From NCBI GenBank assembly GCA_002104905.1, contig MCFE01000339.1, positions 28,073 through 92,072 on the forward strand: a DNA stretch of 64,000 bases. Direction: 5' to 3'. Positions 23,301 to 36,442 of the stretch are shown in pieces. The translations under genes were made by a program, and so were the position numbers. Under the pieces are notes generated by a model. That model had not been told where the DNA came from. It ran no database searches and saw only the letters and a program-made list of their open reading frames with translations. How positions within the stretch are numbered: position 1 is the stretch's first letter; each line of letters begins with the position of its first letter. Origin of the DNA: Basidiobolus meristosporus CBS 931.73. Lineage: Eukaryota > Fungi > Basidiobolomycota.

Positions 23301-25221
23301 GATGAAGCCAGCAAATTTGTAGTACAGGATGAAACACTCTACCAGATTGTTGATGGAAGCTCTATTGCCTATTGCCCTTATGTTTCTTGCCTGGATTTAA
23401 TAGACTTGTTCCGTTGGATAGTGCCACATTGAGCCATGAGTGCCAAATGATGCCATAGTGTGCAGAGAGGTCAAGTGAGCCTATACTTGGCCACAGAGTG
23501 TGAAACATAGCTCTGCTTCCTCATGTAAAGCAGTCCCTGTGTTTCACCCATTGCGCAGGAGAAAATCCATTTTTTGACCTTTTTTTGTGGATCAATGTAG
23601 CTCAGGATGTGTAAGAGCACAGGAGAACTGAAGATATGCATCTGGTACTCAATACCCATGGCACTCTGAATCTAGCTCCTGTAGCTTGTATCATGTCACA
23701 AAAATGAATGGCACTATCTTGGTCCACTGGCACTATCTGGCACTATAAGTGCTTTGTATAGATCTTACTTTAGGGCTAATATTTAAATATAGTGCCAGAT
23801 AATACCGGTGGACCAAGATAGTGCCATTCATTTTTGTGACATGATACAAGCTACAGGAGCTAGATTCAGAGTGCCATGGGTATTGAGTACCAGATGCATA
23901 TCTTCAGCTCTCCTGTGCTCTTACACATCCTGAGCTACATTGATTCACAAAAAAAGTTCAAAAAATGGATTTTCTCCAACACAATGGGTGAAACACAGGG
24001 GCTGCTTTGCATGAAGATGTGGAGCTGTGTTTCACACTCTGTGGCCAGGTAGAGGCTCAATTGGCCTCTCTGGCACACTATGGCATCATTTGGCACTCAT
24101 GGCTCAATGTGGCACTATCCAACGGAACAAGTCTAATACATAAGCTACACAATGGATATGGACACCTTGGAGTTGAAGGAACCTATAGTCTTGTGAAAGC
24201 CGGAGCATGGTGGCACAGAATAAAACAAGACATTGAGAAGCAAGTGAAAACATGCCCAAATTGCTAAATCAACCAAAGCCATTCACAGGGAATTGCCAAA
24301 CTCTTTCCCTTGGAGCCTGTAAGACCATTTGAAAGATGGGGAATTGACTTTATTGGAAGACTGCCAACTACCAGGAAATGCAACCATTGAATCCTAGTAG
24401 CAATTGACCATGCCAATAAATGGCCAGTTACTAAAGCTGTACCAATAGCCAGTGAACAAGAAGTTGCAAGTTTCATTTACCATGAGATCCTAAAGAAGTT
24501 TGGATGCCCTGTGGAGATCTTATTGGATAGCGGAGCAGACTTTATGGCAAAGACATTAGAGGCTTACCTGGAAATGCAGCAGATCAGACACTTGAAAACC
24601 TTGGCATATTGCCCCAGAACTAATGGAGTCATTGAGCGGTTTAATGGATTATTTAGAAAAATGCTGATCAAGTATGCAAATGGAGTTGTCAGTAGTTGGG
24701 ATGAGTATATATACCAAGCACTCTTTGCATGCAGAGTCAGAGTACACAACACCACCCTAAAATCACCATTTTACTTAGTTTATGGATGTGAACCAAGGAT
24801 TCCAGGATATCTCACACAACAAAAGCTTACAGACACCTTAGAAGATGAACTCAGTCAGCCAAGTAGACACCAGCAACTGGAACAAAGAAGTCAAGAGGCA
24901 CAGACCAAAGTATCTCAAAGTGCAGAAAAGATGAAGCAGAGATTTGATAAGACTATAACACCAGAAGCATTGACAGTTGGGAACTTTGTATTGCTAAGAA
25001 ACAACACTTGGAAGAAGTTTGAGCCACAATGGACAGGAAAATTCAAGATCATCAGAGAATGTCCATTTGCAACTGACCAACTGGTGGACAAACAAGGCAA
25101 TATCCGGGAAGACTTAGTGCATAGGGACAGACTCAAGCTTGCGAGACTTGCTGATAATACTGAACCATCAAGATATTGGTATCACAAGAAAAGAGATTCA
25201 GGCAAACCCTCTCAACTTTAG
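20353..25221 (+). pseudogene. Gypsy-A gag-pol pseudogene (gag, protease, RT, RNase H, integrase; no chromodomain)
   Basis: AALQWY gag, CFNCHQQGHIAKYC, IDSGS, YLDDILIY, DASDYAIG, GIDF/ERFNG integrase motifs. Interrupted by stops, frameshifts and a MITE. Confidence 0.93.
23402..24134. mobile_element. 733-bp foldback MITE (about 346-bp inverted arms, about 40-bp spacer)
   Basis: 23402-23747 is the reverse complement of 23788-24134. TSD AAT is confirmed against the empty Gypsy site GATTTAATACATAAG at about 61405-61419 (minus). Confidence 0.95.
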
Positions 25222-26559
25222 TAGGGGAGAATGTTATGATCTGCCGCTTGAATGTTTAAGTTAGATCAGTTTTTAGTCAGATTAATTAGTATATGTTTAG
25301 GTTATCATTATATCAGTATTATCTATGAAATCAGTGGCATTAGTCAGCAAATGAATCAGCAGATCCTTATCAGACAGAAATAGATATATTAAGTAGGATC
25401 TTATTGGGTGATGATGATGCAATCAAATGAGTCATCCACCACAACCTACATTAGGAAATACAATTAGTCAGCAATTGATCTGGCAAAATGTATATAAGGA
25501 GCTGCTGGAACCTCAATAAAAATCTGTCCAAGTTTTAGTGAATACAATACTAGCTAAACTCCCTATTCCTCTACAACTCTTATACCAAGACTTGTAACAG
25601 TTGCTTGTGGTCTGTATTCTTCCTCTTGAAGCTCACCTCCTGATTCCTCAAGGTATTCACTTACCCTCTGTCTAATACTTTGGAAGTGTTGCCTGGATGA
25701 GTCCTGAATATATTGCTCTCAGAAGTCACTTAGTTCTACTAATACATCACATAATACATTAGTGATTTGAGGCCAAAACTCATTCAAAATCTCTTTGGTC
25801 CCTAAAGTCAAGGCACGAACAGACATGTCCGGCCCATTCTGGGCAAATTGCACGCAAAATTGTTACTGCACTGCTTCCTCATTAATTCCCCTCACTCTCA
25901 GCTGATTCTGGATTTCAATACTTATCTTGTTATATGTCTTCTTACATACATCTGCTGGCATCTTGATGTAGACCTCATGCCACAGCTTTCTACTCAGGTT
26001 CTTCCATCTCTGTTGATTCTCCAAGGTATCTAGTTCTGCTAGATTAATGAGTAGTGCCCAAATATCTGTATGAGGGCTCATCATAGACACTTGGGCCATA
26101 CTGAAATCTTTTAGCAAGAACTCACTCAGATCCAGCATTGCCTTTTCTGGACCACACCATGCTTGTGAGCTGGGGGATGGGTTTTGCCTGGGTTGAACTA
26201 AAGATGAGTTGAGATGTGGTATAGGGACCATAGGGATGGATTTGGATACTTATACAGTGGTGTATTGGCAACAGCCTGCTCTTATATAAAATATATATGA
26301 AAACTAATGTGATTGTTGAATTTTCCATGTATAGTGCATGATGCATCTCTGATTGCATTGACACAGATCAAATCACATCAATTGCAGACTTCTTATTTGA
26401 TTACAGACTTGTGAGTAAAACATCAGTAAAAATACCCAGTCATTGTTTGAGGATGATCTTTGCATCATAATGATGGGATACATGGCAATTGATGGAGATT
26501 TAATCATAATGCATGGAAAATCAGATAAATAAAGCTAATTGTGCCAAATCTTTTCAAAT

Positions 26560-27519
26560 CACCTTGGCCTAATCCTCCACCTATTTCAATAAGACTTACT
26601 CATCTGAGTGGTCTTTTCTCATCAATCCCATCACCACCACTGGATTTCATTTTGACACTCTAGAGGAGATCTATACCAAGTACTGTGGTCCATCTACCCC
26701 AATCTACTCAAGGAGATCCCTTGTTAAGCTTCTCTGCTATTACAAGAACTATGCCCTACAAGGTTTCATTCCACCATCCATAGCAACAAAGGACCTAGAA
26801 GCTTTCATTCCCAGCTGACAGCAATGGAGAACCACCTTGCAGAGGGTATGAATGACTTAGAGCAAGCTTGGAGTACTAGGTTCAGAAGCTCCAATAGACT
26901 TCCATATCCCAGAGTGTTCAGCAATAGGTTCTGTATAAGGAGTATTTTGGATACTTTCCCAGTCAGAATTTACAGACCTTCTAGAGGGCAGAGGCACTTT
27001 TATTCTGGCAAGTAGAAGGCACACTATGTGAAGCTTCAAGCACTGTCTGACATTGATGTTGGCATCAGTTGGTTTAGTGGGCCATTTGCTGGAAGTAGGC
27101 ATGACTAAGCACTCTGGGTAGAAAATCATTCAGAATTCAGTAGAGGGGAGAAATGTATGGCAGTCTTAGCTCATATGGGAGAGGATTGTCAGAGATTAGA
27201 ATGTATTACAGCTTTTAGGAAGCCAAGGAATGATGTGCTTAGCAGGAAGCAGAAGCTCAACAATAAGATATTTAATCATTTCAGAGTGAGGGTAGAGCAT
27301 ACATTTAGATATCTGAGGATACTCAGCATATTGGCAGATAAATACAGAGGAAAGTCACATATAGGAGAAAGCAGCAGAATAGGTAAAATAGCTAAGATGC
27401 TTATCAATGCACAGTATATTCATACAAGAAGACATCCACTGAGAGAATTGTGTCTGGAGCATTATGAAGAGCAAATAAAGCAAGGAAAGCACTACTCTGA
27501 GCAACATAAGATTGGGTAA
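26560..27519 (+). pseudogene. DDE_Tnp_4 (IS5/PIF-Harbinger/ISL2EU-type) transposase, inactivated
   Basis: ILDTFPVRIYRP..Q..FYSGK, GPFAGSRHD, MAVLAHMG (degenerate ADxGY), TAFRKP..LS..QK.NN and RVRVEHTF motifs. Contains internal stops. Confidence 0.85.
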
Positions 27520-28687
27520 AATTACCAGTAACTATATCCCACCACTAGCATTATGGTAGAAGTTATAGTGCCAGATTGTGCCAGATTGATCTGGCACTAT
27601 AAACAGGCTGGCACTATGTGGCACTATCCAATGGAACAAGTCTAGTATGTATCAAGCAACCAGTATCCTAGGTAGAGAATGCAGTGTCTTTGCTGTAAAG
27701 AAGGAACACAGGCAGCTCAATGTCACAGCCACAAATTGTACCATTTCCCAATGTAACAGAGAGAATAACACAGTCTTTAAAGCACAACAACAGTGCACAA
27801 AGATAAGCCCATAGAAAAGCCTATCAAAGCATAGTAAGGAGAGAATGTGTTGTTTATACTTGGGCCTGAGAATTAAGAAACACTGAAGAGCCATAAAGTG
27901 AATGGGTGCAGGCTTATGTATAAGGGGCTATGAGAGGTTTAGCATACTGTCACCTTAAGGAAGGTATACCATGGAACCATCAGGAACTCAAGACCAAGCA
28001 GAATGAGCTTGACTTGCTACTTGATCATTTTCATGGATTCAAGTAAGCAAAAGATTTTGGGCCAGTATTGATATGTTAAGGAAGTATCTCAACAATATCC
28101 AAAACTATTAAAGGCAGGAGAACACAGGTGCCATGGCAGTGATAATGAAAAAGGTAAAGGGAAAAAAGTCTACCCAAGTCAGGGACAGAGAAGCGTGAGA
28201 AAAAAGCTGCAGTTCTTACTAATTGAGACTCTAAGTCTTGAACAGGCTGAATCTCATCAAAGTCAAAGAAATACCAACAAGACAAAAGCTGTTTTCCTAA
28301 GATTTGTAAGCTCAGCCAGAGGAGCCACAGCTCAGTGAGGTAGATGAGATTGCAGAGAAAGGCAACTTTTCAATCATAGCCTCCACAACTTCCACTGTAG
28401 ACAGTGCAGATATGCAACTGTCAGATACAGAAACAATTTCAAGGACTCAAAAAAGATCATAATGCCTATAATGGAATCTTGGAACATGAATAGGAATACC
28501 AAGAGGCTGTAGCACTTCCTAAAGAGCAGTGCTCAAGATAGCACACATGAATTTTGCAAGGATTTTTGCTAAGACTGGCAGATGAGGTGCTAGACCATGC
28601 AGTGCTGGCTGAAGACCAAGAAATATGGAAATCAGTGAATGAACAGTGGCATAAAGCCATAGGGTTTCTGTCAAAGTAATGGAAAAG

Positions 28688-31600
28688 TGTTGAAATATTG
28701 AACTATTTGGTATCATTCAGCAGCTAAAAATTTACTTAACAATTCTAGACTAGTCTTAGTCACTGTAGGACTCATTTACTGCCTTAACTTTGCCACTTTC
28801 TCCAGATATATGAGCTTATGATTAATCCCCTATAGTCAGGATCAAATTAGCATTATTACCAAACATTAAGTACTAACCCTGAAACTGTTACAGAATGCTC
28901 CTGAATGTTGAGAAACCCTCACTACTTAGTGTTATAGCTGTATTACTTCTACAAAGGCATATATACTGAGCTTCTTTATGAATAAACAACAGTTCAACTA
29001 TTATCACTATTTCTTGATAAGCTCCTTATATCCAAATCACTTCTTAAATTGCAACAGGTCATGAGCCCCAATTGCCTTAATCTATTCTAAAGATGACTTC
29101 TATCAGCAAACAAAGCAATACCAACATCTTCCCTGTAAAGGAGAGGTTTGATGGAAAGAACTACAGACTTTGGAGAATCAAGATGCAGATCCACCTTGAG
29201 GAAAGAATGCTTTGGAACATAGTAACAGGAAAGGAAGTTGAGCCCAAAGGAACAGCAGAAGATGTGGAGAAGTTTCAAGAGAAGGAGAGAAAGGCCTTCA
29301 ATGCCATATGCATCAATATGCAAGACTCCTTGATTGGACAAATGCATGCCTCAAATACCGCCAAAGCAGCATGGGAATCCTTAGAGAAGATCTTTAGAGC
29401 AAAGTCAGCATCAAGCAAGCTTTATTTGAAACAAATGTTCTTCAACATGAGGAAGAAGCCAGATGATGACATGCTACAACTCATTACCAGAATGGAGACA
29501 CTTGCAGAAGAACTTTATAGTATTAATACTGGTGTAGATGATGAAGAAAGGATACTCTGTCTGCCTTGCAGCCTACCAGGCAAGTATGAGTCACTCATAC
29601 TTTCTTTTGAAGGCAGAGAAGACAACTTGACTTTAGACTATGTAAAAGGAAGACTTCTCCATGAAGAACTCAGACGTAATGATCAAGCAGAGAAAATTGA
29701 AGATAATGCTTTATTCAGTTCAGAAAGGCACACAGAAAAGAAGGTGAAGTAACAAAACCAAAGAAAACCTGGCTGTTGTAACTACTGTAAAAAGCCAGGA
29801 CACTGGGCAAGAGAATGCAAGAAGAAACAAGCGGACAAAAAACAGAAACTAGAGCAGGCAAACCATATAACTACTGATGAACAGTTATTTGTAACTGTAC
29901 AAGAGAGTGCAAGTAACCAAAGTAATGAATGGTATATTGACTCTGGAGCATCACAGCATATTTGTGGTGTAAAGGATTGGTTCAGCAACTTAAAGACTCT
30001 TCCTGTAAGAAAGGCTTATCTAGGAGATAACTCTGCATTGGAAGCTACCACCAGTGGGTCTATACAACTAGATATGAGTGATAACTCAGGGGCAACAACA
30101 GCAAAACTCACTGACGTACTCTATGTACCTGGAATAGGTAAGAACCTACTCTCAGTCAGTAAAGCAACTACTCAGGGACTGAAATGCGCTTTTACTAAGC
30201 TGAACTACTCAATATTGAGTGGAAATGGATAAAAATTAGCTTTGGGAATCAGAGATCATAATATATACAAGTTACAATGCAAGATCATTTTACCTGAGTA
30301 TGGCAACATTGCTGAAACTGATGATGGGAGACATGGCATAGGAGGCTAGGACACATTGGGGAACTGACAATGAGCCAATTGGTGAAAAATCAGCTTGTTT
30401 TGGGCATAAACTACTCAATTCCAATCGAATTAAATGTTTGTAAGGGATGTTTATATGGCAAACAAGCTAGGCAACATTTCAAGAGCTCAGAAGGCATCAA
30501 TACCACCAAAATATTGGCAATTGTATACTCAGACATATGTGGCCTCACGAGAACATTGTCCTTTGGAGCCAAGAGATTCTTTATGACATTTATTGATGAC
30601 AAGACAAGATATACATGGGTGTACTTCCTCAAAACAAAGGATGAAGCTTTAGAGACGTTTAAGCACTTCAAGAACATGGCAGTAACACTAACTGGGTGTA
30701 AATTGAAGGTACTACAAAATGACAATGGAGGAGAATACTGCTCAAAGGAGTTTGCAAAATACTGCTTGTCTACTGGTATACTTCAACAAATCACAGTTCC
30801 TCATACTCCACAGCAAAATGGAGTAGCAGAATGTGGAAATACAACAATAGTAGAGATGGGAAGATCTATGCTACATGATAAGGGAATGAACTACAAATTT
30901 TGGGCTGAATCTGTTGCTGCCGCTGTATAGATCAAGAATGGATGCCCAACAACAGCACTATGTGATTCTACACTCTTTGAAGCATATACAGGCAAAAATC
31001 CAATCTCCAGCATCTCAAGATCTTTGGCAGTGATGTTTTTTATCACATTCCTGACAAAAAACGCTCGAAGTTGGAACCAAAGAGTAGCAAAGGGATCTTT
31101 CTTGGGTATTGTGAAGATACCAAAGGGTATACAGTGTATACTGGCAAAATTCAGAAGCTGATCAAGAGCAGGGACGTTGTAGTTGAGGAGAATTCAGATC
31201 AGAAAGCCACAGAAATCATTGGCTAGCTGCCTGATGATGCAATCAGCACTAATGAAGAAGTTACATACCAAATCCAGCCAGATATAGAAGATACTTCTAC
31301 CAGTTCCAGATCAGAACAGATTATCCCAATTAGGAGATCTACTAGAATAGGAAATGCTCCTGGATCCTGGTGGCAGACATCCAACAATCATGAAGAAGCT
31401 TATCTTGCCTTATGTGTTGAACCTCAGAATCTGGAACAGGCAATGCAAAGTACAGATGCTACTAAGTGGCAACAAGCCATGCAGGAGGAGTACCAATCTC
31501 TGATCAAGGCAAAAATGTGGGAACTGGTAAATTTACCAAATGGGAGAAAGCCAATAGGATGTAGATGGGTCTACAAGATCAAGATAATCTCAAATGGTGC

Positions 31601-33362
31601 TGTTGATATGTACAAGGCTACATTGATAGCTAAAGGCTATTCCCAGATCCAGGGAATTGACTTTAAGGAAACATTTGCTCCGGTTCCAAGTATAACTCTA
31701 TTAGGACAGTTCTAGCCCTGGCAGCTGTACACAGTCTAGATCTACACCAAATGGATGTCAAACAGCCTTTCTAAATGGGGATTTGCAAGAAACTGCATGT
31801 ATGGAGCAACCAGAAGGTTTTACCGATCCAAAAAGCCCCCATAAGGTGTGCAAACTTAGAAAATTGCTCTATGGGCTTAAGCAGGCACCCAGAGCATGGT
31901 ATAACAAGATTGACACATATCTAAAGGAAATTGGGTTCTCTCATAGCACTGCATACCACAGTATATATGTGAAACAGCTCAAGAAGGGTGTGATCATCCT
32001 AGCTCTTTATGTGGACGACTTAATTATAGCTACAGGTGACAAAGAGGCACTTAAACAGACAAAATCAGATCTCTTCAGCAAGTTTGAGATGAAAGATCTT
32101 GGAAAATTGAGCAATTTTCTTGGAATTGAGGTCAAATTTGACATATATACGCAGAAGATTGTGCTTAATCAGTCTAAGTACATCAGGGACATTCTTAGAT
32201 GCTTCAAAATGGAAAATTGCAAACCTGCAGCAACCCCTATGGACAATAACCTGAAATTAAGCAAATCTCAGCCAGTTATCAATGAAAATGGCTCAAATAT
32301 GGACCAAAACTTTCCCTATCAATTAATGGTTGGTAGCCTAATGTACTTGATGGTGTCTACACGTTCAGATATTGCAGTGGCAGTTGGAATAGTCAGTCAA
32401 TTCATGCAGAAATATGGATCAGATCAAATTGCAGCAGTTAAGTGGATTTTCAGATATCTACAAGGTACCATAAATATGGTACTGGAATACTCTAGAGCAG
32501 CTAGTAGGCAAAAATTTGATGGTTATAGTGATTCAGATTGGGGTAGGGATCTGATTGACAGACGCTCTACCACAGGCTATGTATTTCTTTATGCTGGTGC
32601 AGCTATCACTTGGAATTGCAAGAAACAACCAACTGTGGCACTATCTACAACTGGAGCCAAATATATGGCTGCATGTCAAGCAACTAAGGAGGCTATATGG
32701 CTACAAAAATTATTCAAAGACTTGGGTTTTAATTCTGGTGAACCAACATGTATTTACAAGGATAATCAAAGTTGTATTTCATTAGCTAGAAATCCTACTA
32801 ATCATGCCAGAACTAAGCACATTGATATACAGCATCACTTTGTGAGGGAAGCTGTAGAAAATAACTTAGTGGAGTTAGTTTACTGCCCAACTGACAAAAT
32901 GGTGGCAGACATATTGACAAAACCACTAGCTAGGCCACAATTTGAGATCCTTAGAGAGAAATTGGGATTAAGAAATTATTTAGTTGAGGGGGAGTGTTGA
33001 AATACTGGACTATTTGGTATCATTCAGCAACTAAAATTTACTTAGCAATTCTAGACTAGTCTTAGTCACTGTAGGACTCATTTACTGCCTTAACTTTGCC
33101 ACTTTCTCCAGATATATTAACTTATGATTATTCCCGTATAGTCAGGTTCAAATTAGCACTATTACCAAACATTATGTACTAACCCTGAAACTGCTACAGA
33201 ATGCTCCTGAATATTGAGAAGCCCTCCCTACTTAGTGTTAGAGCTGAATTACTTCTACAAAGGTATAAATACTGAGGTTCTTTATGAATAAACAACAGTT
33301 CAACTATTATCACTATTTCTTGATAAGTTCCTTATATCCAAATCACTTCTTGAATTGCAACA
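28688..33362 (+). mobile_element. Ty1/Copia element, family B; full length, decayed
   Basis: LTRs at 28688-29056 and 32995-33362 (about 94% by eye), TSD AAAAG, PBS GGTCATGAGCCC, PPT AGTTGAGGGGGAG. ORF is broken into pieces between 29093 and 33000. Confidence 0.96.
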
Positions 33363-33399
33363 AAAAGAGCATTACAGCCAAAATACCTGCTTAATGGTA

Positions 33400-35033
33400 A
33401 ATTTCAATAAAGGTGCTTATCAGGTGTGGAGTTTGGTGCAATATGAGTGTATAATATGTGTACTTATATAGGTTAATGCAAATGGCAACTAAGGTAGAGC
33501 CAAAGTTTCACCGGAAGCAAATTAACTTGTATGGATAATAAGTAAGAGATTTTTTTGAGTCAGGAAGTAAGGAGTGTGAAAAACAGACACCTGCCAATCA
33601 GTGTGCACAAATGTATGATGTGATTGAGTGTTTAGGATCAGAAAGTGAGAGAACTTGCAGAGGACCAAACAAAAGCCACTTTTATATTGTTGTGATGACA
33701 AATTGTGACCAAAATCTTGTGACATCTAGGATGCAGTTACTTTTCAATAGTCTTTGCACAGTGTCCTCATGAGATCATTACCTCTTGGTCTCAAGACCTT
33801 AATTTTGCAATGGCCTTTTGATGGGATCATCTCAATTATTTCTTATAGTGCTAATTGCTGCAGGTATACTCTACAATTGGTAGTAGCAGGGGCCTATTGT
33901 CATGTTGATAGCTAATAAAGCTATGGATATATTTCCCAGAAATCTGGCAGATTATCTTTGTTTGACAACTCAATTGGGGCAGCAGCATTTAGAAGCAAAA
34001 TTTGCACACCAAGATACTGCTTGGAGTTCTTTCAGAACTCTATATTAGCTGGGGTCCCCTGTTACATACAATGGCCTGGAGGAATCCATGAGACACAATG
34101 ATGACATGGATTATAAGGTGAGCAGCTTCCTTATTAACTCAACAAGGTGTCAACTAAGGACAGAGGATACTAATTCTTGACTGTGATATTTGTTAGTCTC
34201 TTGTATCTCAGTTTCAGCTCAATATAGCTTACATTTGGACAATAACACTTGTTGTATCCAAGAGAAAAGTGTAATCAAGCTTTTGAATGGTTGGATTTAA
34301 CCTAAATTAAAACAAAGTGCAGTATCTTAGAGTTGTCAGAGAGTGGAAGTAATATTAGCAGAGAGGTTTGGGTTTAATAGTGGTCTTGTATACAGCTGGG
34401 TTTTGCAATAAATACAACAGAGTAGGTGTGCTATGCAGGCTTGGTGTTCTTGAGAGTGCTAGATATGCTAAGCTTGTGTACAAACTACAATATAATTGTT
34501 GAGTTCTTAGTTTTACTGAGACACAATCTTGATTTGTTGAGACACACACTAAATCAAAAGGGTCAGTAAACTATACCCATACTTTTTTTGCAAAGTCAGA
34601 TGAGTAAGCATCAAGAGACTGGACAAATTGCAATCTGTAGGGGTGTTGACAGGTGCATTAGAGAAATGGGAAATTTTATCACTAATCTTGTGATGTTTTG
34701 GCAGCTGCTGAGTTGTTGGATAGATCTCAGATGACAAATTTCCTTGGAAGGCTTGGCAGATAAGCTGATAACTTAATGGTTTTAAATGTTAGCATCCTCA
34801 AGCTAATGAAACCAAGATTATGAACTTGACAAAGTGATTGCAGTTTAACAAAATTACCTATATATACAGGGTACCACATATGCAGTACTATATCACACTG
34901 GAGCAAATCATTAGAGATGTCTACTGCAATACTTGCTTAAAGTGAGTAAGTGATCTCAACTACAGATGTTTCAATTCTGGATATGCTTTTCAGTACATCA
35001 AGGTTGCATTTTATCAGGTGCTTGGATACAAAG
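33400..35033 (-). pseudogene. Old chromovirus-type Gypsy integrase remnant
   Basis: Minus-strand IIVSHGFLQAIVCNRGPQL (compare HGxPxxIVSDRGPQF) and KYIHSFISYQHDNRPLLLPIVEYTCSN (compare YLRxFVNYxQDNWxxLLPxAEFAYNN). Confidence 0.65.
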
Positions 35034-35399
35034 TGTTATAAGTCTTGACATAAAAGTTGTAGGGGAAAAGGGAGCTTAGCTGGTGTTGTCTTTAATAAAA
35101 CTTAAAGTGATATTTATTGAGGCTCTGGCTGCTCCTTATATACATTTTACCAGATCAATTGCTGACTAATATAATTTTGAGTGTAGGATGTGGCTGATGA
35201 CTTATTTGATTGCATAATCATCACCCAATTTGATCTTACTTAATATACTATATCTGTCTGATAGGTATCTGCTGATTCTTCCACTGACTGACACTACTGA
35301 CTTGATAGATAATACCAATATACTGATAGGCAAATCACAAAACTAATAAATTGGCTCAAAGCTGAACTAACTTAGACATTCAGGTGTCAGATCAATACA
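35034..35399 (-). repeat. Diverged Gypsy-A LTR with adjoining PPT remnant
   Basis: Colinear with 59947-60313. GGAAGAA purine run immediately upstream on the minus strand. No TSD. Confidence 0.85.
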
Positions 35400-35406
35400 T
35401 TCTTCC

Positions 35407-36442
35407 TGTTGTGAGTAGACACAAGGCAGGAGAGTAAAGTTAAGCAAGGCAGGACCAGAGAAGGACTTAGTTGTGGAGCAACAAGGCAAGGCCATTTATT
35501 CAAGATCTGTGTTTATCAGACTGAGGATTACACCAGGGGTGATAGAACTATAGATACTAGACTTGTTCTGTTGGATAGTGCCACATTGAGCCATGAGTGC
35601 CAAATGATGCCATAGAGTGCCAGGGAGGTCAAGTGCGCCTACACTTGGCCACAGAGTGTGCAGCACAGCTCTGCATCTTCATGCAAAGCAGCCCCTGTGT
35701 TTCACCCATTGTGTTGGAGAAAATCCATTTTTTGACCTTTTTTTTTAGGTAAATGTTGTAAAGGATGTGTAAGTGCACAAAAGGATTGAAGATATGCATC
35801 TGGTACTCAATACCCATTGCACTCTGAATCTAGCTCCTGTGGCTTGTAACATGTCACAAAAATGCATGGCACTATCTTGGTCCACTGGTACTATCTGGCA
35901 CTATAGTGCTTTGTATTGATCTTACTTTAGGGCTAATATTTAAATATTGTACCTGATAGTACCAGTAGACCAAGATAGTGCCATGCATTTTTGTTACATG
36001 TTACAAGCCACAGGAGCTAGATTCAGAGTGCAATGGGTATTGATTACCACATGTATATCTCCAATCCTTTAGTGCTTGTACACATCCTGCACAATATTGA
36101 TCCACAAAAAAACATCAAAAAATGGATTTTCTCCTGCATCATAGGTGAAACAGAGGGGCTACTTTGCATGAGGATGCAGATCTATGTTTCACACTCTGTG
36201 GCCAAGTATAGGCTCACTTGGCCTCTCTGGCACACTATGGCATCATTTGGCACTCATGGCTCAATGTGGCACTATCCAACATAACAAGTCTAATTTTTGT
36301 CAATAAGGATGCCAAGAGAAATTGGCTAATACTAATGGGGATGTGGGGTGAGACATATTAAGTGTGCCAAGATAGAAATATACTAAAGAACATACTAGAA
36401 CATCACATAGGGATATGCAAAGAGTTGGCTGATCATGTGACA
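35407..36442 (-). repeat. ~300-bp LTR-like fragment (family E) split by a foldback MITE
   Basis: On the minus strand it begins TGTCACA and ends CTCACAACA, with AATAAA about 90 nt from the end. No TSD and no second copy in the window. Confidence 0.4.
35559..36291. mobile_element. 733-bp foldback MITE, second complete copy
   Basis: Same length, arms and spacer as 23402-24134; flanks ACT/AAT. Confidence 0.93.

Larger units (their letters stand above)
19927..25599 (+). mobile_element. Ty3/Gypsy element, family A; full length, decayed
   Basis: 368-bp LTRs at 19927-20294 and 25232-25599 (about 95% by eye), TSD GTTG, PBS TGGTAGCAGC at 20296-20305, PPT AGTAGGGGAGAA. TATATAA and AATAAA are present in the LTR. 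Confidence 0.95.
19307..26231 (-). pseudogene. Accessory ORF of the DDE_Tnp_4 transposon (26231-25604 joined to 19926-19307), split by Gypsy-A
   Basis: Removing the Gypsy and one GTTG gives an in-frame join (..EEEYRPQATLSRLHQ..). Two in-frame stops lie upstream of the join. The segment RWKNLSRKLW..MPADVCKKTYNKI is loosely Myb/trihelix-like. Confidence 0.65.
18567..27643. mobile_element. PIF/Harbinger-ISL2EU-group (DDE_Tnp_4) DNA transposon, about 3.4 kb net of the nested Gypsy
   Basis: 15-bp TIR AGACTTGTTCCATTG at both ends and flanks AAT/AGT. Removing the element plus 3 bp restores register with the homolog at 14470-14510. Carries a transposase and a divergent accessory ORF. Confidence 0.85.
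18257..33400 (+). mobile_element. Third fragment of the CACTA-like element (unknown-ORF part only), host to the DDE_Tnp_4 transposon and a Copia-B
   Basis: Segments 18257-18566, 27647-28687 and 33368-33400 join into sequence colinear with 9925-12860. Confidence 0.7.

Noticed and set aside
23471-23659. Recurrent 60-87-aa ORF (MGIEYQM..KKWIF..HSVAKY) at 6599, 23471, 35629 and 36033
   Set aside because: It lies in the MITE arms and recurs because the DNA is repeated. Length varies between arms and there is no recognisable domain.
33522-33960. DFG- and HxD-like motifs suggesting a protein kinase remnant
   Set aside because: Surrounding residues fit the Gypsy integrase core and C-terminus better, and kinase motif spacing is not met.
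35407-36442. Family E as a true solo LTR
   Set aside because: Flanks CTTCC and TGGAA are not direct repeats, so it is kept only as a low-confidence LTR-like fragment.
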